Shown: positions 58,496 through 64,000 of the stretch, one piece after another
How the letters are laid out: each line of letters starts with the position of its first letter
How positions within the stretch are numbered: position 1 is the stretch's first letter
Source: Limisphaerales bacterium
Lineage (GTDB): Bacteria; Verrucomicrobiota; Verrucomicrobiia; Limisphaerales; Palsa-1400
Assembly (NCBI GenBank): GCA_052325505.1
Contig: JBKQUS010000136.1
Location: forward strand, 445-64,444
Reading direction: 5' to 3'
DNA length: 64,000 nucleotides
The notes under the pieces: model-generated
What the model was told of the DNA's origin: nothing
Database searches by the model: none
What the model saw: the letters and a program-made list of their open reading frames with translations, nothing else
Position numbers and translations under genes: made by a program

Positions 58496-60279
58496 GTGGA
58501 TGTCTCCGTTTTCAGGGAAATGAAATCAAACAGCGGGGCGTCAGCGGCGTCAAACGCCAATTCCGTCACGCCGTCGGATTGGTTGACCTCCCTGAAACCA
58601 AGATCGTCAAAAACCTTTCCAGCCGCCGCATTGCGCTCGGTCTTCCGCCACCGCGCCCGGAACGGACGGGTGGGATAGCGTCGCAGAAGATGCGAAAGAA
58701 AGGCATGTTCGATGCGCTTGGATTGAATGCGGCAACTGAAAGCCATATCCGTGAGCATATTTTGCTGACGGTCCATAATCGCGAATCCCACGACGCCGTA
58801 GGTTCCGAACCGGTCCTCGACCTTGATGGCCAAGCTGTCCTTGCTCTTGTCGGCCCGAATGAGATCGAGTTGTTCCCGAGTGTATCGCGCGCCGGAGAAA
58901 TTCATCTGGTTAGTGCGCTGGGCCAGTTCGTGCAGGCGTGGAAGAAGTGCTTCATCAAACGGCAGGACTTGCACTTGGATTTTGCAATCGCGCAGGAAGG
59001 CCTCGTAATCTCCCGCAGCCTGCTGGAGCGCCTCTTCCCGGCGGTCCTCCTCGCGATAAAACAGTCGGCGCTTGGCGCTTTCAGCCGTTTGCAGCGCCTG
59101 GCATTCCTGCCGCCAGAGCAGCCAATTCGCATCGGCGGCGTCAATGACCTGCACTTCCGGACAGAGGGCGCTGACTTCCGCGCGTTCAAACGGAGAATCA
59201 TCGACGTAGAGCAGACTGTTGATCCCGATGTTGAGGGCTTGGGCGATGCGCCGGACACCTTGTCCCTTTGGCTCCCAGGAAATCTGTGGTTTCAAAATAT
59301 ATTCATCCAAACCGAAGCGCTGCAACACTGGCATCGCGTCATTGGGATTGTTTTTGCTGACGACGGACAAGAGGATGCCGCGGCGATCCAGTTCGGCAAA
59401 GATTTCCTTGATGCCGGGCTTGAGGCGGACACGGTCCGCACCATCCTCGACCAGGATTCCATCCCAGATCGTATTATCCAAGTCCCATACGATGCATTTG
59501 CAGCTCCCGGTCTTCCTGGCAGGAACGAACGAAGTGTCACGCACGAAATCCATGCAACCGAAATAGAGCAGGGGCCGGGCTTCGCTGTCGCTGGGGGAAA
59601 TCTCCAGATGAAACGGCAGGCTCAAATCGACGGAGGCGCGGATGGTTTCGACGGGGAAGCACATGCGGTGCAGACCCGGCGGGACGATAAACCGGGCGGA
59701 AAAAGGAGTTGCCGTTGCCTCATTGATCCGGGAGCGCACGTAAAATGTCAGGGACACCTCTGTGTCGGCGGGGTTGTAAACTTCAATGAGGAAGTAGTCG
59801 GGAGATTGCGCGCTGGCGCGGCTTTTGGCCCAACGCTCGCGGTATTGGCGGAAGCGCCAGGCGATGGACTTCTTGATGCGCCCCGGCACCGGCAAATTAC
59901 GGACCACCGCTCCAAGCCAGGCGTTGAGGCCCTCGATCCGGGTGGCGCGTCGCCGCGGTATCAGTCCGGTAGTGCCATCAGCCCAAATCTTCCCCCATTT
60001 CTTAAATTGAATTTTGAGCAGCCATGGCGCAATGCCATCCACACCCGACACGCATACCATGCCTTCGGTGAATCGGCGGCAGGACCAATCGACCTGCCGC
60101 TTCTGATAAAGATCGCAAGTGAGGAAGCAGTGCGGGATGGCGCACTCAGTACAATGCTCGCCCCAGGAAATCATGGAACGGGCGGTGACGTGTCGGCTGA
60201 ACTCCGACCAGCGCTGGCGTGTCTCCACAGGAATCGCATCAGCCGTTTCCCAGAGATTGTTCACTTCACTCTCGTACAT
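58492..60279 (-). CDS. FkbH-like HAD-IIIC protein with a Cys-rich N-terminal domain and a GNAT-like C-terminal domain
   Basis: CIVWDLDNTIWDG (HAD motif I), VVSKNN, LYVDDSPFE. N-domain carries CTECAIPHCFLTC (60115-60153). ATG 60279 is preferred; the longer P-rich start at 60432 is possible. Confidence 0.85.
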   Translation of the reverse strand: MYESEVNNLWETADAIPVETRQRWSEFSRHVTARSMISWGEHCTECAIPHCFLTCDLYQKRQVDWSCRRFTEGMVCVSGVDGIAPWLLKIQFKKWGKIWADGTTGLIPRRRATRIEGLNAWLGAVVRNLPVPGRIKKSIAWRFRQYRERWAKSRASAQSPDYFLIEVYNPADTEVSLTFYVRSRINEATATPFSARFIVPPGLHRMCFPVETIRASVDLSLPFHLEISPSDSEARPLLYFGCMDFVRDTSFVPARKTGSCKCIVWDLDNTIWDGILVEDGADRVRLKPGIKEIFAELDRRGILLSVVSKNNPNDAMPVLQRFGLDEYILKPQISWEPKGQGVRRIAQALNIGINSLLYVDDSPFERAEVSALCPEVQVIDAADANWLLWRQECQALQTAESAKRRLFYREEDRREEALQQAAGDYEAFLRDCKIQVQVLPFDEALLPRLHELAQRTNQMNFSGARYTREQLDLIRADKSKDSLAIKVEDRFGTYGVVGFAIMDRQQNMLTDMAFSCRIQSKRIEHAFLSHLLRRYPTRPFRARWRKTERNAAAGKVFDDLGFREVNQSDGVTELAFDAADAPLFDFISLKTETST

Positions 60280-60565
60280 AAAATGGCCACTAAATTGATA
60301 GGCGCAGGCATCGAGCGGGTAAAGCAAAAAAGGCCGGGACGCGGGCGGGGGCAAAGAAGGTGGAAGAGGCGGAGTGAAGGGAGGCAGATTGAACTGACCA
60401 CACCGGCGTTTGACTCGCTTTCTAATGGTCACATGAGCCTTTTAATTATTTTTGCTGAAAAACCGGACCTTTTAAATGTGTTGCCCGCCCCGAGCTGAAT
60501 CCGCAAATGCTCACGCATAGTTTCAAATAGACGGATTTTCAGAAATGCAATAGCGTGGGCCCGGA

Positions 60566-61654
60566 TTGAAAATTTGTTTCTCAGTTTCCGATCAATCATT
60601 TGAGCGGGCAAAATCCATCGGCATTCTGAACGTTTCGCTGGGGTTGCTCGAAGGATTGGCAAAGCAATCTGGAGTTGAAAAACTGGTGGTTTTCAGCAAT
60701 TCGTCCCTCACCCTGCCGGATGCCGTCGGCCACAAGCAGGTTGTCAGGAATTATAATTCGCCCGCGCACGGCAGGCTGGCCCGCCTTGTCTGGGACCAAT
60801 GGCGTGTTTACCAGGCGGCCGCAAAGACCGGTTGCGACTGGCTGTTCCTGCCCAAAGGATATGCCTCTTTCATTGCCGCGCCGCCCATCAAGCTGGCCGC
60901 CTACGTTCATGATGCAATGCAGGATTTCTATAGTTCGCATTACCCAGGCACGGTTTCGAGGGCGGAAGAATGGTACTTTGACCACTGCATGGCCGCAACG
61001 CTTCGCCAGGCATCCATTATCTTCACCAATTCCGATTTTTCCCGGCGAGAGGTGTTGCGAATGGCGGCAAAACTCAAGCTGCCTGCCCCGCCGGTCACTA
61101 CAGCCGGAATCGGATTCTCCACACCGGCAAAGCCGCCTTCGGCAAAAGAAGAAAATTACATCGTTGTGCTGGCCAGCAAATGGCCCCATAAATTGACGCG
61201 CGTTGCGTTGGATTATTTGCGCCACTGGCGACAACAGGCCGTTTATCGCGGCGCGATCCACTTGGTGGGCCAGTTGCCGGACAACTTGGCAGTGGCCGAT
61301 CTTCCAAACTGCAGGTGTTTTCAGCGGCTGCCGGAGTCCGATTATATTCCCATGCTGAAAAACGCGCGGGCACTTGTGTACTTTTCCGAGTACGAGGGTT
61401 TTGGCATGCCCCCGATCGAAGCCATACTCCAGGGAACGCCACCCGTTTATTCACGGATACCCGCAATGGAGGAAAGTTCCCAAGGCTGCGGATTTCCTTT
61501 CGACAATGATTCAGAGCAAGACTTTCAATCGGCTATGACACGCGCTCTGACTTGCGAAGCGGAGACGGTCGGGCGCTGGGCAAATCTTCTGCTGGCGCGT
61601 CATAGTTGGCAGGCCGTCGCCGAACGAGTGATGACCGGGTTCACCATGCAATGA
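60566..61654 (+). CDS. Glycosyltransferase family 4 (GT-B)
   Basis: SEYEGFGMPPIEAILQGTPPVYSRIPAMEE motif; TTG start. Confidence 0.85.
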   Translation: MKICFSVSDQSFERAKSIGILNVSLGLLEGLAKQSGVEKLVVFSNSSLTLPDAVGHKQVVRNYNSPAHGRLARLVWDQWRVYQAAAKTGCDWLFLPKGYASFIAAPPIKLAAYVHDAMQDFYSSHYPGTVSRAEEWYFDHCMAATLRQASIIFTNSDFSRREVLRMAAKLKLPAPPVTTAGIGFSTPAKPPSAKEENYIVVLASKWPHKLTRVALDYLRHWRQQAVYRGAIHLVGQLPDNLAVADLPNCRCFQRLPESDYIPMLKNARALVYFSEYEGFGMPPIEAILQGTPPVYSRIPAMEESSQGCGFPFDNDSEQDFQSAMTRALTCEAETVGRWANLLLARHSWQAVAERVMTGFTMQ

Positions 61655-61748
61655 TCAGCCTTTAAAACCGTCCGCGAAACCGCTGGCTTGCGGTGAAATG
61701 AGCGGAAATTCCCTGGTCGAAAGCCCACAGGAATGACGATAAAACTTA

Positions 61749-62429
61749 TCAAAGCAGGAGCGGCGGTGTTGAATCAGACGCCGGCAGCAGGCGCAGCCGT
61801 TCGCCAAATGAAACATGCGGAACAGGCTTCCGCTCGCGCTCCTGGACGACAAAAGCCATCAACCCGGCCGCAACCAGTCCCGGAACGAGGGTCGCGGCAA
61901 ACAAGCTTGGATAATGATGATGAAAAGCGCGCAACAGAAAAAAGGCCGTGGCCGGTCCGGCAATTGCGCCCACGGTATCCATCATCCGTTCAAAACCGAT
62001 GGCCCTGCCGTAGGTGGAGCGGTCCACCGCCGCGGCCAGCAGCGCCTTGCGCACGGGGGTGCGGACTCCCCGCCCGAGCCATGCCAGGCTGCGCGCCAGC
62101 AGCACATGCCAAGCCTCCGTTGCCAGGCCAAACGCCGCCGTCCCAAACGTCGTCACCAGATAACCCGCCACGGCGATGGGCTTGCGTCGCTGGAGTTTGT
62201 CGGTGAAATAGCCCGACCCCATTTTGGCGAAGCTGGGCACGCCGTCGGAAATGCCTTCGAGCAATCCCAGCCAGGCGGCAGACGCGCCCAAGGTCGCCAG
62301 GAAAGCGGGCAGGACCGCGGTGGCCGTTTCGTGCGCCCAATCGCTGAACAAGTAGGCCAAGCCAACACCCAAAACCGTCCGGTTGAGCCAGTGCCCGGTG
62401 GGCCGCTTACTTTCACCGGGGATGGCCAC
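61749..62429 (-). pseudogene. MFS transporter, N-terminal six-helix half only (3'-truncated)
   Basis: 226 aa comprising 6 TM segments and the start of the central loop, then a stop. No second half appears in any frame before the converging GT4 gene. Confidence 0.55.
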
Positions 62430-62433
62430 GCCC

Positions 62434-63183
62434 TCAACTGCCCAGCAGCCTGGCTTTCAGCACCTTCAGACTTCGCGTGGGATGGCGCACAATGATGCGA
62501 TGGAGCGAAAAAGGCGAGGTGGCAGGGGTGTTGACGCCGAAGTCCGAGGCGCAGGCTGTTCGGTATCCGGCCTCGATCACCAAGTCGCGCACCTTTTCGT
62601 TCCAATTGCCGTACGGATAGCAGAAGTCCTCGACCGGCACGCCGAAGGTGTCTTCGAGCTTCTTCTTGCTGGTGATAATTTCCTCGCGGGCATCCCTGAT
62701 GCTCAAGCGGGTCAGGTAAGGATGGCTCAGCGAGTGCGACCCGATTCTGTGCCCGGCACGGAGCCAATCCCGCACCTGCGCCGCATCCATCAACGGCTCG
62801 CGCACTTCCCCTTCACGCATCTCCCATTGGTTGAGGCGACCGATATGATTGGCCACCAGGAACTGGATGGCGCTGAAGCGGTGGGCGGCCAATGGTTCGA
62901 GGGCATGCTCCCAGACGTTGCGGAAACCATCATCAAAGGTCAGCACCATGCGGCGTTGCGGGCCGTGGCCGTCGCGGGCGGCGCCGGGCCGGCAGGCCAC
63001 AAATCCAGCCTGATGCAGCTCCTTCAGTTGTTGCGCGAAACGCTCCGGGGGGACATAAAGGCCCTTGAGCCGCGCGCCCGCCGGCGGGTCGGCAATCTTA
63101 TGGTACATGAGCACCGGAACCCCGGTCTGGAACAAATCCAGAAACGGTTCCAAGGTGTGAAACGTGGTCGGCGTTTTCTTCAT
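62434..63183 (-). CDS. Polysaccharide deacetylase (CE4/NodB family)
   Basis: VLTFDDGFRN and GSHSLSHPYL motifs. Confidence 0.9.
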   Translation of the reverse strand: MKKTPTTFHTLEPFLDLFQTGVPVLMYHKIADPPAGARLKGLYVPPERFAQQLKELHQAGFVACRPGAARDGHGPQRRMVLTFDDGFRNVWEHALEPLAAHRFSAIQFLVANHIGRLNQWEMREGEVREPLMDAAQVRDWLRAGHRIGSHSLSHPYLTRLSIRDAREEIITSKKKLEDTFGVPVEDFCYPYGNWNEKVRDLVIEAGYRTACASDFGVNTPATSPFSLHRIIVRHPTRSLKVLKARLLGS

Positions 63184-63327
63184 ACGTCCGCCATTATGAT
63201 ACGATAATGCGCATAAGAAAAGGGTTGTCGCACGGGCATTTTTGACGGGGAAAATGCCAAATGGATTGGCCGGCGCGCCTTGTCGTCATTGGACATTTTC
63301 CATTTTTGGGATGGCTGTTTTCAGCTT

Positions 63328-63352
63328 TTAATCCTAATCTTAATCCTGATCT
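63328..63352. repeat. Degenerate tandem hexamer repeat TTAATC-CTAATC-TTAATC-CTGATC
   Basis: Read directly in the divergent intergenic region, about 35 nt upstream of the GT2 start. Confidence 0.7.
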
Positions 63353-63385
63353 TGGTCCCGTTTGGATTTGCCCAAGGAGATTGAG

Positions 63386-64000
63386 ATGGAACACCATTGC
63401 TTGAGCTTGCCCGAAATCAGCGTTTTGATGCCGACCTACAATTATGCCTCGTATTTGCCCGAGGCGATTGGCTCCGTGTTGGCGCAGGACTTCCAGGATT
63501 TTGAATTGCTCATCATTGACGATGCCTCGACCGACAACACCGCCGGGGTCGTCAAACCTTTTTGCGTCCGGGACGCGCGGGTCAATTTCATCATCAACCC
63601 CTCCAACCTGGGCATGGTCAACAATTGGAACGAATGCCTCAAACGAGCCAGGGGCCGGCACATCAAGTACGTGTTTGGCGATGACAAGCTGTCTGATCCG
63701 CAGGCCCTGGCCAAAATGCTGGCGCTGTTGCGAAACAACCCCGGCGCAATGCTGGCGGCCTCGGCGCGCGCGATTTTGGATGACAATTCCAACGTGATCG
63801 ATGTTTGCCGGCCCTTGCCAAACGGCTGTCACAACGGCCGGCAAATCATAACGGAGTGCCTGATCGAGAATGGAAACCTGATCGGCGAACCCACCTCGGT
63901 CCTTTTTCGCAAAGAGGACGCCCAACGCGGCTTCGAAACAGCTTACCGGCAGTTCGTCGATCTGGAAATGTGGTTTCATTTGCTGGAGCGGGGCGATTTG
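63386..64000 (+). CDS. Glycosyltransferase family 2 (3' end beyond the window)
   Basis: AAGGAGA SD at 63374-63380. MEHHCLSLPEISVLMPTYNYASYLPEAIGSVLAQ...LLIIDDASTDNT. The frame is open to nt 64000. It is absent from the ORF track because it has no stop in the window. Confidence 0.85.
   Translation, partial: MEHHCLSLPEISVLMPTYNYASYLPEAIGSVLAQDFQDFELLIIDDASTDNTAGVVKPFCVRDARVNFIINPSNLGMVNNWNECLKRARGRHIKYVFGDDKLSDPQALAKMLALLRNNPGAMLAASARAILDDNSNVIDVCRPLPNGCHNGRQIITECLIENGNLIGEPTSVLFRKEDAQRGFETAYRQFVDLEMWFHLLERGDL

Noticed and set aside
63244-63260. TTGGCATTTTCCCCGTC on the minus strand upstream of the CE4 gene, which resembles the glnII -24 box.
   Set aside because: The -12 position reads GT rather than GC at the required spacing, so it fails the core GG-N10-GC rule.

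Overview
This is a 64-kb chromosomal window with moderately high GC. It holds about 58 protein-coding genes. I recognised no rRNA, tRNA, CRISPR array, transposase or integrase. The gene content suggests a PVC-group, Verrucomicrobiota-like bacterium: a type II glutamine synthetase, a GDP-mannose 3,5-epimerase-like gene, a giant Ig/beta-helix secreted protein, and many GT-C/GT2 genes. That taxonomic call is inference only.

Layout:
- 1-12.7 kb: a beta-propeller protein (5' partial), a HlyD/ABC/ABC-2 exporter operon, a GH5 glycosidase, glnII with a good sigma-54 promoter, a mini-kinase/PP2C pair, a YtrA-type GntR-ABC operon, and a class-C-like serine hydrolase.
- 12.8-15.4 kb: a PAS histidine kinase with a degenerate receiver, plus a single-domain response regulator.
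- 15.8-21.5 kb: a visibly AT-richer two-gene operon encoding a 1601-aa secreted protein and a 289-aa secreted partner. The large protein has an Ig-like domain, a beta-helix-like region, a TSP3-like Ca motif and a C-terminal His/Cys caspase/CHAT-like module. The partner is internally duplicated. A 430-bp gap lies on one side and a roughly 1-kb repeat-rich non-coding region on the other.
- 22.5-30.5 kb: an orphan NtrC-type activator, enolase, a B12-radical SAM gene, a GT2, an ECF sigma/anti-sigma pair, a YgjP metalloprotease and an SDR.
- 30.5-32.1 kb: a Phd/RelE toxin-antitoxin pair next to a decayed gene and a truncated GH29 fucosidase (a rearrangement scar).
- 32.2-36 kb: a radical SAM gene, an HDOD protein, an MFS transporter and a small orphan ORF.
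- 36.6-64 kb: a large mosaic cell-surface glycan locus. It contains a 6-deoxyhexose/C-methyl module, a GDP-mannose 3,5-epimerase-like gene and two divergent Gtr/Arn-like lipid-carrier modules with GT-C transferases. It also has an FkbH-like HAD-IIIC protein with a Cys-rich N-domain, two CE4 deacetylases and a truncated MFS gene.

The best candidates for something undescribed are the giant-protein/partner operon, the mini-kinase/PP2C pair, the Gtr-like module with an inserted flavoprotein, and the FkbH-like fusion. All functional calls come from motif recognition by eye. No database search was run.
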